Positions 19,633 to 32,739 of a stretch of DNA of 64,000 bases are shown here, piece by piece. Position numbers and translations under genes: made by a program. The DNA comes from Octopus vulgaris (lineage: Eukaryota). Within the stretch, counting starts at the first letter, position 1, and every line of letters starts with the position of its first letter. The stretch spans positions 54,994,001 to 55,058,000 of the forward strand of contig OX597831.1 in the NCBI GenBank assembly GCA_951406725.2, in the 5' to 3' direction. The notes below the pieces were generated by a model. That model did not search any database, was not told the DNA's origin, and saw only the letters and a list, made by a program, of their open reading frames with translations.

Positions 19633-21967
19633 TATACACACACACAGAGATACATACACATATATATACACATACACATACATACATATATATGTACTAA
19701 TTTACAATTATATAAAATAATTATATTAAAGGGTGCAGATAAACCCCACCAACATGCTAGAAATAGACACCAAATGGCTCTAAAGACCACATCTATACTA
19801 CATTAGTACAGTTTGTAAGCAGGCAGATGAAAAAATGAATACGATTTTTTGAAAATGAGGATTAATAGTAAATCAATCTCTAGCTAAGTGTTATAAAAAC
19901 ACCCTGCTAAAACGTTACCTACAAGGTTTTTATTTCACACCAATCACTTGATAAAATCATTGAAGTGGTTTTATCCTTAATAACATACATACATACATAC
20001 ATACATACTGCTGGACCACTGAACCCAACACATTCTTTTTCATTCGCTCTCTATTTCCTCATCCCTTTCTGTCAAAGAGAAGAAGGCTCAAAACATAAAA
20101 GACTTTTTCATTTTTCCCCAAGCATCAAAGTAATACACTTGCTTGTTTTTCCTACACCTGTCTTCGTCTTTTGTTTTTCAATAAACTTGAACAATATATA
20201 TATATACATACATATACACACACACTCGTATACGTGTAGTAGGCTTCCACACAGTTTTCATCTACCAAATTCACACATAAGGCTGACCAAACCTCAGGAT
20301 TTTAGAGAAGGCACTTGCCCAAGGTACTACACATTTAGACTGAACCTGAAACTAGGTGGTTGCAAAGAAAGCTTCCTAACACTGCACACACATACATAGC
20401 ATCAAACACTGAGTCATGATACTGAATTCTTAAACCTTAATGTTTATACGAATATGAAAATTGTAACATATATACAAAACCTAATTATATAGATGTGAGC
20501 CAATGAGAGAGAACCTACATACACAATAGACTGTTATTCTGGAAATAATAATAATAATAATTAGTCTTGGTCAAATCCCACTCAAACATCATAAACAAAA
20601 TGTAAAAAAATAACCACCTTGGAAAATATAATCCTAGATTCACAAAGTTTGAAAAAAATGCAAGTCATGGCTGAAATGTCGTTTATCATAGGTTTATGGC
20701 TTAGTTAAATTACACTCTAATAACAAAAACAAAATATAAAAACACCTTAGATAATACATTTCTAGATTCACATCATTTGAAAAAAGGATGGGATGGTCAT
20801 GGCTGGAATATCTTTTATCACGGGTTTATGATTTGTGAGAGGAGGATGGTGGGTAAGAGTGAAAGGGAAGGTGAGTAAGAGTGAAAGTGAATTACCGGGT
20901 ACACCAGCTAGTATATGTGTGTGTGTGTGTGAGTATGGATATATATATATATATGTACATATATGTGTATATGTGTGTGTGTTTGTGCATGTGCATATGT
21001 ATGTGTGTGTATATATATGTATGTATGTAAGTATGTATGGATGTATAAATGTGTGTTTGTATACACACACACATACATATACAATAGGATTTTACACAAT
21101 TTCCATCTACCAAATTCACTCACAAGTTATTGGTCAGCCCAGAGTTATAGAAGAAGACTCTTTCTCAGTGTGCCATGCAGTGGGACTGAACCAGAAGATG
21201 ACTGGTTGTGAGGTAACATTCTTGACCACACAGCCATGCTTGCATCTATGTTTCATTAGTTCTAAGAAAATGTGTTTTTACGTGACAGAAAATAACCTCT
21301 TGTGGCAGTTATAACGAAATTGCTTTCTTATATCAGAGTAATAAGGCATTTTAATAGAACATCTTTACCCCCCCTCCCCCCGGGAATTACCAGGTACACC
21401 AGCTAGTATATATATATGTGTGTGTGTGTGTATATATAACTTAAACCCAAGGTATTTCTGAGCTTCGTGGTTTGATGAAAGGAAGTGAATCAAGGCTATG
21501 GTCTAGATGGCAAGTATGCAGCATTTTTGATTCTGCCTTATCTCTCAGGTCACCAAACATGTGCAGCGTTCAGTAACAACATCTAGAATTTACAATTTCT
21601 CCCATACGATTTGTACAGTTGGCCTACTTATTTACCTTGTACCTACACGACCTCCCGACACACTCTCAAACAGAAAATTTTAAAAAATACATATGACCTG
21701 ATATGCAAATGACATCCTGCTCACATATTCCCAGCCGTTACATGACCACGTCAATGATATATCAATTCAACTTGGTTGCAAAACAACACGCTTTACACAG
21801 CACCTGCCAAACACGCATACACACTCAACAAAACACACATGCTCATAAGACATTCAATGCAACACAGATGACACAATAAAGAAAGCAAAAATATGCATAA
21901 ATGTACTTAGAGTACGCAGAGCTAGTGCATTTCAACAACTATCAGAAATAGTATGACTTTATTTAAT

Positions 21968-22473
21968 CAAGAGATTAAATCTTGACTCAATGCTGCATTT
22001 ATAAAATGATATAAAATTGTAACCAGAAAATTTAAATCCAATAATTAGAATAGAGAAAAAAATAGTGGTGAACTGGTAGAATCATTAGCATACTGGGCTA
22101 AATGCTTAGTGGCATCCAGTTTGTCTTTATATTCTGAGTTCAAATTCCATCAAGGTCACCTTTGCCTTTCATCCTTTCAGGAGCAATAAAAATAAGTGCC
22201 AGTTGAGCACTGGGTTCAATTGAGTTCAAATTCCATCAAGGTCACTTTTGCCTTTCATCCTTTCAGGAGCAATAAAAATAAGTACCAGTTGAACACTGGG
22301 TTTAATGTAATAGACTTACCCACTCCTCTGAAATTACTGGCCTTATGCCAAAATTTGAAATCAAAAGTTAGAATAGAAAACTCTGCCCAATCTGATTGGT
22401 ATAAGCCTTAATCAACTACATCTATGACCAAAGGTTTTCTACTTAAAACCCTGTTGTACTTGTTTTATTTTTC
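21968..22473 (+). repeat. Copy 1 of a local duplication (contains SINE C and an internal tandem duplication)
   Basis: High identity to 27291-27713, including the flanks outside the SINE. Confidence 0.9.
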
Positions 22474-24180
22474 GAGAAGCAGGTTGCATGAGGTATGGCT
22501 CATCATAAGATGGGCTGTACTACTTAAAGATTCAAGCTAATAACAATTCAGGAAGTTCTGCAGACCACAGTTAGCATATGACTGGTTTACAAACTATACA
22601 AGCTATACAAATCCATCTTGGATTATAAAAATTTTTCCTGAAACACCAACCTTTTCACGACAGACTATAAACATGAAAGAATGCACATTACATTATCATG
22701 GGTGGTACACAGACCACACAATACCACTCTGAATCCACAGCTAAAGAAAAATACTAAAAGTGAATGACCACCAAGATTTGCATTAGGGAACACTCTGTGG
22801 CAGCAGTAAATTCCTGCTTCCACAGTTCCAGCCAATTAATATACATATAATCATCCTCAAAGTACTCTACAACTGGGAGCCTCTAAGTGGTCACTCACTC
22901 AGTCTACTAGAAATAGCAGTCAAATCTTCCATCAAATTACACATTCATTGATTTAGAAAAGGACACATTGAATAATGTAGTCTTGGGAAAAAAGACAGGC
23001 TGGCCAATTTTGGAATGTTTTTGGTCATAAGTCTGATCAATCAGAAATGACCTGGGCTGAAACAGCTACTGATTCAACTAGATATTGTCCTTCAGCCTAT
23101 TCAACCAAACACAAAGACAATACAATACTTACATGTGAGAACTAACATTGGCATCATTAACCTCATACACTTGCACACACACATGCAAGCATGGAAAACT
23201 GAACATCAAATGATGGTGATGGTGGTGGTGATGATGATGATGATGATCAAGGGGAGGAGGAGGTTACAGGTAGAAGAGGCAAGCTCAAGATGTTGCACAG
23301 CAGGATCAAACACTGACCCACAAGGATGTGAAGCCACTTGCTTAACTGCATAGAATGGCCAAAATATTCTGTTTGTAACCATCTCTTTGCTTCGTTTTTA
23401 TACAGAGTACAGTCAGAATTATTATTAAATTCTAGACTTATAATCAGAGGTGTTCCAGTTGCAATCATCCCATTTTTTTCTTCTCTTTTTTACTTTTTTC
23501 TAGACAACATCATTATCTTATTTTTGTCTTTGAGGGAGATATGGTTCCTATTTTTAGCAAGGTAACTGACTGCATAGAGGTTTCCTCATTGATTCTTATT
23601 GCGCAGTGTGGCATGCTTTTTTCATTAGAAATATGTTGTAGAAATAATAGAAGGTGGAATGTTGTTGGCACAGTACCAAACTCCCGCCAGCTTTCACTTT
23701 GTTGAAAAAGAGTGAAGGCTATCAGAATGTACTAACGCTAATCATGAGAATTTAAATTCCTTTGTCTTTTCTATTTTGAATTTCAAATTTATAAAACTGA
23801 TCCAAAATAGAGAATCATGGAACAAAATTGAAAACTTATAAATTTTTATTTATTTATAGAAATTTAATTTTAAAAAAAAAGTAAGAAATTATATTGACAC
23901 ACAAAATTTCGACTCAAGGTGGAATTTCAATTTCAGCTTTTAAAAAATATTTTTATTCAATTTATCCCTTCACCTCACTTTATGTTTATGACAATTTCTC
24001 AGATTTATCAATCTGAAGTTTCAAATTGAAAAGACAGAAAAAATGATGACTGAAAATTATAGGTGCAGGAATAGCTGTGTGGTTAAGAGGCTCACTTTGC
24101 AACCACGAGTCAACTAATACCTTGTTAATGAATTCGGTAGATGGAAACTATGTGGAAGCTCATTATATATATATATATAA

Positions 24181-24353
24181 AATTACAATTAGGGTTCAGC
24201 TAACTGCTTCACCACATACCGAAATTAGAAATAGGAGTTAAAAATTCCTTTCGTGCTACTGTAAGAATCTTATAGTAGCAGGAAAGGAATTTTTAACTCC
24301 TATTTCTAATTTCAGTAAGTAGTAAAGCAGTTAGCTGAACCCTAATTGTAATT
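24181..24353. repeat. Long palindrome (~85-bp arms) adjoining (TA)n
   Basis: aattacaattagggttcagctaactgc...gcagttagctgaaccctaattgtaatt, centre gtaagaatcttat. Confidence 0.95.
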
Positions 24354-24439
24354 GTGGATAATTTTACCTATAATCTACTTGGTAAAATTGTTAATTAATT
24401 AATTTAATTACTAAATTTTACCCTTCTGTTATATGACAA

Positions 24440-24716
24440 AGGGCCTCTCACTCAGAGTAAAAGGTAGACTGTATGACCCTTGTGTACGAACAGCCATGTT
24501 ACATGGCAGTGAAACATGGGCTGTGACTGCTGAGGAAATGCGTAAGCTCACAAGGAATGAAGCCAGTATGATCCAATGGATGTGTAAAGTCAGTGTGCAT
24601 ACTTGACAGAGTGTAAGTACCTTGAGAGAAGAGTTGGACCTAAGAAGCGTCAGATGTGGTGTGCAAGAGAGACGACTGCGCTGGTATGGTCATGTGGCGA
24701 GAATGGATGAGGATAT
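24440..24716 (+). pseudogene. RTE-clade LINE RT C-terminal fragment
   Basis: Translates as LSLRVKGRLY..VRTAMLHGSETWA...RRLRWYGHVARMDED. Confidence 0.85.
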
Positions 24717-25521
24717 AGCAGAAAACACTTGCCCAAGGTGCCACATAGTGGGACTGAACCTAGTACCATGCAGTTGAGAAGCAAACTTATCACACAACCA
24801 CACCTGGAATTGATGTTTTGTATACTTTCAATGGTGCACACAGCATGCCATGTGAAGAAGGACATCTTACCAATGTAATTATCAAGAAGTACTGATATTG
24901 TAAAATTAACGATTGTTTGATTAGTTTTTAGAAAAGCTAATGTTATCCCATTTGCAGTGTATTCATCATCATTACCATCATCATCATTATCATCTTTAAC
25001 GTTCATTTTCCATGCTGGCATGGGTTGGACGGTTTGACCAGAGCTGGCAAGACAGAGAGCTGCACCAGGTTCCAGTTTGATTTGGCTTGCTTTCTATGGG
25101 TGGATGTCATTGCTAATGGCAACCACTTTACAGTATGTGCTGGGTGCTTTTAATGTGGCACTGCCACGAGTTCTTTTATGTAGTGCTGGTACAAATTCTT
25201 TTTATGTGACACCAGCACAGGGGTCTTGCAGGCCAATGCTCTTCATCAGGGGGAGTAGCCTTAACACTTCTATATTCTTTTCTGAAAAGCTGTAGTTGCT
25301 TCATTTACAATAATGTCACAACCACCAACAAACATGTGAGTTGTTTTTTAGGTAGGTTAAGTTAATGAATGAGTGGTTGGGGTGATAGATAGGTAGGTAA
25401 GTAGACTACCTCAGTGATTATCAGCCTAGGAGATAAGTCAAGATATGGGTTTCTAAGTGGTTACTGAATCAGCTAACAGTAAATAGCAGCCAATCTTTCT
25501 CAAAACCCAAATATTGCAATG

Positions 25522-25560
<39 letters not shown>

Positions 25561-26273
25561 TGAATTTAAGTCTTTGATCAACAAAGATTATCCAAGCAAT
25601 TAGAAGACATAAATCTCTCTTTAGGAGTGTTTAAAATTTGAAGACATTAGAGATAACTCCAAGATCATCATCATCATCATCATCATCACTACCATCACCA
25701 CCATCATCGTTGTTTAACATCCGTTTTCTATGCTGGCATGAGTTGGGCAATTCAAACCAAAGGACTATACCAATCTCTAATTTCTGCTTTGATATGGTTT
25801 CTAAAGCTCGATGTCCTTCTTAACACTAACCACTTTACAAGGTGTACTGTAGTGCAAGGACAAGACCCTTCAACTGAGTGAGGGGTGTGGGATTGAGGAA
25901 GCTGAGCAGTTAAAGTATGACAGAGGGACAGAAACAAGTGTCTTCCCCATCTGGAAAGATGGTAAAAGAGATGGTGAGGACACACCTCAAGGTACAAGGT
26001 GAATATCAGGGAGAGAATAGGGATAAAGCATCAGAAAGCGTGAATGAGATGATAAGTTAGCGAGAGTGTGAAATGAGAGTGACAGATGGTTAGAGATGGG
26101 GACGGAGACAGTTGCAGTGAATTGATCACATGAGTGAGGACATGGTCAATGGTGAATGTGTTTTGTGGGGAAGAGGGGGGAGGGGTGATGGCCCAGAGTT
26201 TAGAGAGGGAGAGGAGTGACAGCTGACAGCAATAGTTCTCTTTATTGTTCTGAGGACAATAAAGACAACCTCT

Positions 26274-26763
26274 TTAACCTTTTAGCATTCAGATTACTTT
26301 GTCAAATGCAACGCTTCTTAACTCACATTGTTTTGAATTAATCATGCATTATCTCATGTCTTCAAGAAGCTGATGATATCATGATTATCATCATCATCAT
26401 CATCATTTAACGTCTGCTTTCCATACCGGTATGGGTTGAACGGCTTGATAGGAGCTGACCAGCAGGGTAGCTGTCCAGACTCCAATTGTCTGTTGTGGCA
26501 TGGTTTCTACGGCCGGATGCCCTTCCTAATGCCAACCACTTTAGGGAGAGTGCTAGGTATTTTTTCATTTATGCAGCACCAGCACGAGTGCATTTTGCAT
26601 GGCACCAGCACCTGTAAAGGACAGGCCTGTATGAAAGCAATTTTTTTGTTTATTTTTAGAATGACATTGTAGGATAAGTGCAAAAGGGTGAACCTGGCTG
26701 GTTTGAACATAAAACAGTTAGATATTTGGACCTGATATGACTGGTTTAAATACTGAAGGATTA
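26274..26763. mobile_element. piggyBac-type MITE interrupted by an RTE-derived (GAT)n-tailed element (~26385-26632, minus)
   Basis: ttaaccttttagcattc...aatactgaaggattaa; halves match 18385-18611. Confidence 0.6.
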
Positions 26764-27290
26764 AAGCCAGCTGCTGAAAACAACAGACATGTTTCAGTCA
26801 GGCCCTCTGAAAGAAAAATGGCCCAAGAGATATTGTGATCCTCAATACCCTGTTCTTGCGGAGGTAAAAAAGATAGGAGGGGCATGACTCAAATGCTTTT
26901 GATCAAAGGTTTGCTCAGTTGGAAGCTGACTTGGGTTTAATCAAAAGCTTAATTAAGACATGTGCACTCACAACTGCAAGATTGTGGTTTCAAATCTCAG
27001 CTCAATCAACATGTTGTGTTCTTGAGTAAAACACATCATTTCATAGTGCTCCAGTCCACTCAGCAGTAAATAAGTAACCCTGAAACAGACTGGTATCCCA
27101 TTCAGGGGAAAATGTCGTGATCTTGGTCACTTACATGCTAAGGAAACCAAGTAACTGGCCCTATGAGTCCTAGGACTTGAGACCATAATGTCCAGAGATT
27201 GATGATGATGTTGATAACAACGATGATGACAACGTCAATGATAATGATGATGATAATGATTGGAAGGAGGAAGATTTTCCCTTTGAAATC

Positions 27291-27713
27291 TCAAGAGATT
27301 AAATCTTGACTCAATGCTGCATTTATAAAATGATGTAAAAATGTAACCAGAAAATTTAAATCCAATAATTAAAATAGAGAAAAAAGAATAGTGGTGAACT
27401 GGCAGAATCATTAGCACACTGGGCTAAATGCTTAGTGGCATCCAGTTCATCTTTACATTCTGAGTTCAAATTCCATCAAGGTCACCTTTGCCTTTCATCC
27501 TTCCAGGATCAATAAAAATAAGTACAAGTTGAGCACTGGGTTTAATGTAATAGACTTACCCACTCCTCTGAAATTACTGGCCTTATGCCAAAATTTGAAA
27601 TCAAAAGTTAGAATAGAAAACTCTGCCCAACCTGATTGGTATAAGCCTTAATCAAGTACATCTATGACCAAAGGTTTTCTACTTAAAACCCTGTTGTACT
27701 TGTTTTATTTTTC
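27291..27713 (+). repeat. Copy 2 of the local duplication
   Basis: Matches 21968-22473. Confidence 0.9.
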
Positions 27714-28522
27714 AAATGCTGTATCTAAAGTTATGTAATCCAATTTCCTTTGTTTTTTAAAAACAGTTAAGAAAAGTTTGTTGCTATTTGAAGGGGAAAA
27801 AAACCCACGAGCTTAACTTTAATGATTAATTCTAGTCAAGAAATATATGGGAGACAACTCTAATATTCAAACTATTTAATAATTTAAGGAGGAGTAAGTC
27901 TGATCTTTTGGCCAGTACAGCGATAACACCAGATATGTTTCAGTCTTATTAGATGCTCTTCAACCATACCTATTTATAACCTGATAAATAAAACTTGTAA
28001 AACTTACTTGACAGCTCTAACATCAGTTGTCTGAAGTCCTCACCAAAGAGCAAACACATTACTCGCTTCATATCCTCAGCTTAATTATTGTAATTAATTT
28101 AGATTCAAGTATTGTCCCCTTTCCTTTTATTGCCCATCCATAACTAATCAACAAAGCTAATTTTATATTATTCTTTATATAGGCGTAGTTCTAAGTAATT
28201 AAACAACTTTCTGGATCACTACATTAAGTATGCCAGCCACACCTACAATTAACTATATTTCTTATTTTATTTCATTTTGTTTTTTGTTTCAGAAGGTAAC
28301 TCTGAATGGTTCCCTCCCCAACCCCCAGTCATTCCTTAAAGAGAGTGTGGATATGCAAGATTGATTATGAGAAAATGTACAGATTTGGTAGACAGAAAAT
28401 GAGAGAAGCCTGTCATCTATATATATATATATAGGGAGAGTTTACGAAAAAAACAAAAGACAAAGACAGGTGGTGTACAAAACAAATAGATGTATTAGTA
28501 TAACGCTCAGGAATAGAAAAAG

Positions 28523-28560
28523 TCTTTTATGTTTCAAGCCTACGCTCTTCTACAGAAAGG
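28523..28560 (-). ncRNA. Minimal hammerhead motif (A6U) in element ~28433-28637
   Basis: CCUUU-CUGUAGA-A-GAGC(GUAG)GCUU-GAAACAUA-AAAGA. Confidence 0.6.
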
Positions 28561-28755
28561 GACACAGAAAAAAAGGAGAGAAACAAGGAGAGAAAAAAAA
28601 TGTGTGTAGTGGCTAACGATCTATCATGGCGACTGGTATATATATATATATATATATAACAGGAAGCTTTACGAAAATAAACAAAAGACGAAGGCAGGTG
28701 GCGTACTAACAAACAATTGTATTAGTATGGCGCTCAGGAATGCAAATAAAACAAG

Positions 28756-28793
28756 TCTTTTACATTTCGAGCCTACGCTCTTCAACGGAAAGA
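28756..28793 (-). ncRNA. Minimal hammerhead motif (U4C/A6U) in element ~28658-29110
   Basis: UCUUU-CCGUUGA-A-GAGC(GUAG)GCUC-GAAAUGUA-AAAGA. Confidence 0.6.
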
Positions 28794-29122
28794 TACACAG
28801 AAAAGAAACACGGAGAGAAACAAGGAGAGAAAAAAAATGCATGCAGGAGCTAACGAATCAACATGGCGGTCTGATTTCGGCTAGAAGTCAGAGATCAGAC
28901 GTTAGACGCAAGAGGGAAAGTAGGGGAGATAACAGGGTTAAATGACCTTGCCCCAACATAAGGGTGCGTGTGTGTATGAGAGAGTATGTATGTGCGTATG
29001 AAAGGTCTGAACGTGTGTATGTATGTATGATGTGATGTGTAATGTCATATGGTGTAGTGTAGTGTAGTGTAGTGTGGTGGGAGGTGGGGAAAGCCCATGT
29101 GGGGTGTGGGTTATATATATAT

Positions 29123-29343
29123 ACATGAGGAGCTGCTGAAAAGTTCCTGGCTTTGAGTAAAAGAAAATACAGGAGGATCAGTTAATTATGATTTTACTCA
29201 ACATGGTCCCCTCTCAGATTCACACACTTATTGCAGTGGTCCTTCAGTCTTTCTGAGCCCTATAAAAGAACTCAGAAGGTTGGGCCCCAACCAGGCCCTT
29301 CATGATACCCTTAAAGCCAGGAAATTTTCAGCATCCCCTCGTA
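29123..29343. mobile_element. mariner-type MITE
   Basis: TIRs gaggagctgctgaaaagttcctggcttt / aaagccaggaaattttcagcatcccctcg, followed by TA. Confidence 0.7.
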
Positions 29344-29994
29344 TATATATATATCTGTGTTTGTCCCCCACCATCCACTGCTTAGCAACCGGCGTTGGTG
29401 TGTTTTCATCCCTGAAACTCAGTGGTTCGGCAAAAGAGAAACTCATAGAATAAGCACCAAACTTTAAAAACAAAAAAGAAAAATTACTGGGATCAGTTCA
29501 TTCAACTATAAGTTCTTCAAGGCAGGGCCCCAGCATGGCTGCAGTCTAATGACTGAAACAAGTGAAAGATAAAAAATATAAAAGATAAAAAGAAACACAG
29601 AGAGAAAGAAAAGCAGGAAGTGTCAGTAATAGGTAGAAGAAAAAAAAACCTAAAAAACAAGATATGAACAAACATTTTACTAGGTGAAACTGATATCAAC
29701 AGTGATATAATAGTAACGGTGGTGGTGGTGGTGGTGGTGGTGGCGGCAGTGGCGGTGGTGGGAGGGTTAGCTTATATAAAGAATATTTTTGTTTTTTTTA
29801 TTTAATGACTAATTATATCTAACTTTACTTGAGCTCCTAATGCTCTTAACTATCTCATTCCATGTGGACTGTGGTCTTATGTAAAAAATAAGAAATCAAT
29901 GTTAGTGGGAGAAGGAAGGGGATTAGCCTGAAGAAAGAGGTAATGTCCATGCTCTTCATAAGGTCTAGCAGACAGGCAAGGTCAACATTCCTCC

Positions 29995-30112
29995 TGAACA
30001 GTAAGTAGTTGATCAATAGTAAGTCAATAGTTGTAGGTCAACAGTAAGTAGTAGGTCAACAGTAAGTGGTAGGTCAACAGTAAGTGGTAGGTCAACAGTA
30101 AGTGGTAAGTCA
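29995..30112. repeat. ~19-bp minisatellite (gtaggtcaacagtaagtg), about 5 units
   Basis: Seen directly. Confidence 0.85.
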
Positions 30113-30899
30113 ATGCTCAGGGAAAGAATTCCAAACTGGGGGTGGAGTTGATTTAAGTCAATAGGATTGGGGGTTACAGTTAGTGCTGGGCATGAAAGGG
30201 AGTTGGTGTCACTGCCAGTAACAAAGAGGAGACAAAAATAAATACGGAGGAGGGGGCCTGGATGGCCACTATCAGTTTGTGCAAGACATCAGGTATTCTG
30301 AGACCTCATATTCTTAATTTCCTTTACAAAATAGGGATAACAGGGGTCTCTCGGAGAATTGAGCCCCATAAGATCAAGTAGTTGCTGCAGCATCTGTCAC
30401 TGACCATTCTCCACAGCAACACCATCACTGTCATTGCCACAGGAGACAGCTGAGTATCCCACTTGTTCTGGGATACTTGGTTCTTTGCCCCCATCCATTC
30501 TATCTTCCACTGCTTTATCCACCTTTTGTTTTTCCTTTCTTATTTCTCTACTTTCTTGTTTTTTTTGTGTTTTTTGTATTTAAATGTTCTAATAACATAA
30601 AAAAAATATAATTGTTTATGAATTTGTTTTGCAAGATTCCTGATGTGAAATCATGTGTTGAAACAGATATTGTTATATTTTGGGAAGGCCATTGTTTTTT
30701 TCTTGCCAAATAAACACATGAAGAGTCACTGAAGAGGTCACAGATAGATGGCAAAAGATTTCCAGACAATCAACAAAGGATAAAATAAAAATAATAATAA
30801 ATGAGCGAAGAACAAATATACAGGTATGTGTTATTTGGCAAGATGAGTCGGAAGTACCAGATTGAAGGTGGAGTAAGGCAGACTAGCCAACTCAGGTCA

Positions 30900-31470
30900 G
30901 AGGCCATGGTGGTAGAAGCAGTGGGTGATAACAAGCCTGTAGGTCAAAAGTTGGAGTGTCAAGAAGCTACTTAATGCCAATCAGATGGGTGGATCTTTTC
31001 CTTTTTCTTTCAATGTAGGATGTTTGTGCATATAGTTACAACATCCACCCACCCAGATCTGAATCTAACCTGAGCTTTATAAAGGGTAAGTAGCTGGTAG
31101 TTGAGAGAAACTGAAGTATTTTGAGGTCTTGAAAAGGAAGGGCAGTCTTTGAGATGCAGTCTGCTATGTTGAGTACGCGAGTTTGCCAAGAGAGATCTTT
31201 GATGATGGTGAGGCCTTGCATTTGGGATGAACTTGAAATTTTAGTTATGAGATGTGTGTGTGTGTGTGTGTTCTAGATAGAAAGGGAAGAGAAGCGATAT
31301 TGGAGGAAACAAGACTGACGTGAGCCCATTGAATGATATTATGAGGGATTCCCTAAAGTTTAGTCTGAGTGTTTAGAATGGATGTAGATGACATATGGAG
31401 GCAAAAGGTTTGGTAGAAATGAAAGATGGTGGTATCATCTATGCATGAGCGAGCTTCCTTGGAAATAACA
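30900..31470 (-). pseudogene. Old CR1/L2-group LINE RT remnant
   Basis: CIDDTTI (YADD-like) at ~31430-31447 and GLTIIKDLSWQTRVLNIA downstream. Confidence 0.65.
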
Positions 31471-31855
31471 GCAAATTATTTCACTAATGACTTTTGAAGA
31501 AGCATGAGAACCACAACTTATCAGAGTCCTTCTCCATAAAGAGCTTAAGGGAAAACCAGTCAGATTTTTTTCAAATCACACATCACTGTCTTTAAGAAAA
31601 AAGGGACACAGTGATTTATATAAGTCCTAGATGTAATAGGTATGAAAAACAAAAGGATGCAATTGGATGCCTTTGAGCATAGGTCTGTTGAATCAGAATG
31701 TCCTGAAGTTAGACATTTTCTTCCTCTCAAATCTTCAGGTTTCGTGTCTATTTGAAAAAACGATTATTAAAACTAAGGATAGATGAAGATGCAGTAGAAA
31801 AGCCTTGATAAATTTCACGAAGGCCTACAATAAATTTACTTTAGAACACGGTTTC

Positions 31856-32015
31856 CAGGAGCAGACCCAAGGTGGCGGGGGAGCTGAGGGGCACGTGCCC
31901 CCTCATGAAAAGAAGTGCGCCCTTCTAAATAATGTTATTACGCCCTTTTCTTCTGGAATTCTATTCCCTTTTGACCTTGTGCCCTCCCTTCGAAAAATTC
32001 CTGGGACCACGCCTG
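31856..32015. mobile_element. Unclassified MITE with CAGG...CCTG ends and 5-bp TSD
   Basis: gtttc|caggagcagaccca ... tgggaccacgcctg|gtttc. Confidence 0.7.
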
Positions 32016-32739
32016 GTTTCGATACCCAGCTAAATGCCCAGCTTGAAAATACTTCACTTTGCTTACACCTATTGGATGGATTATCACGCGGAGATAAAGA
32101 ATACGTACATTATCCGTTTTCAGCGTAACAAAAACCCTAACCCCTAACCATAAACACCGGGTGTACGAATTCTTTACTTTGCCAACTATCCTACACTCTT
32201 AAGTCAACACAAAACTACATATTCCCTTCAGCAAACGTTAATTCCTGCACCAAAACAGGATTTACTTTGAACTCAACGAGTCAACTACGAAGAAGTCAAC
32301 GTGGTCATTCAAATGCTAGAAATAGCAGCAATTCCTTCAATCTCATCACGTCTTACAAAAATACGTATAAGATTATGCAGTGCCTCATATCCTGAAGATA
32401 AGATAAGGTTATAATAATGGTTTATAATTTTGGCATAAGGCCAGCAGTTTCGATGGGGGTAGAGGACGCTAGTCGATATCCCAGGACTTGATAATGAATA
32501 TCTTAAGATTAAATAACAACAGCCTTAAAAACAATTGCCTGGAAAGCTATTTTTCTCTTCTTTCTCTCTCACAATTCCGCTTCAAAACTTTTCTTTGTAT
32601 CATTCCAGGTGCTGTTAGGGTTAATGGTATAACACCCGACAACCAACACCAAACAAAAAGTGTAATAGGTGTTTAAAAAAAAATGTTTATTAAATGAATA
32701 TGAAAACAAAAATTGGGGGCCAACGAACCGGGGATGGGG

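Noticed and set aside
32131-32150. Telomere-like ccctaa repeats
   Set aside because: Only two imperfect units; not distinguishable from chance.
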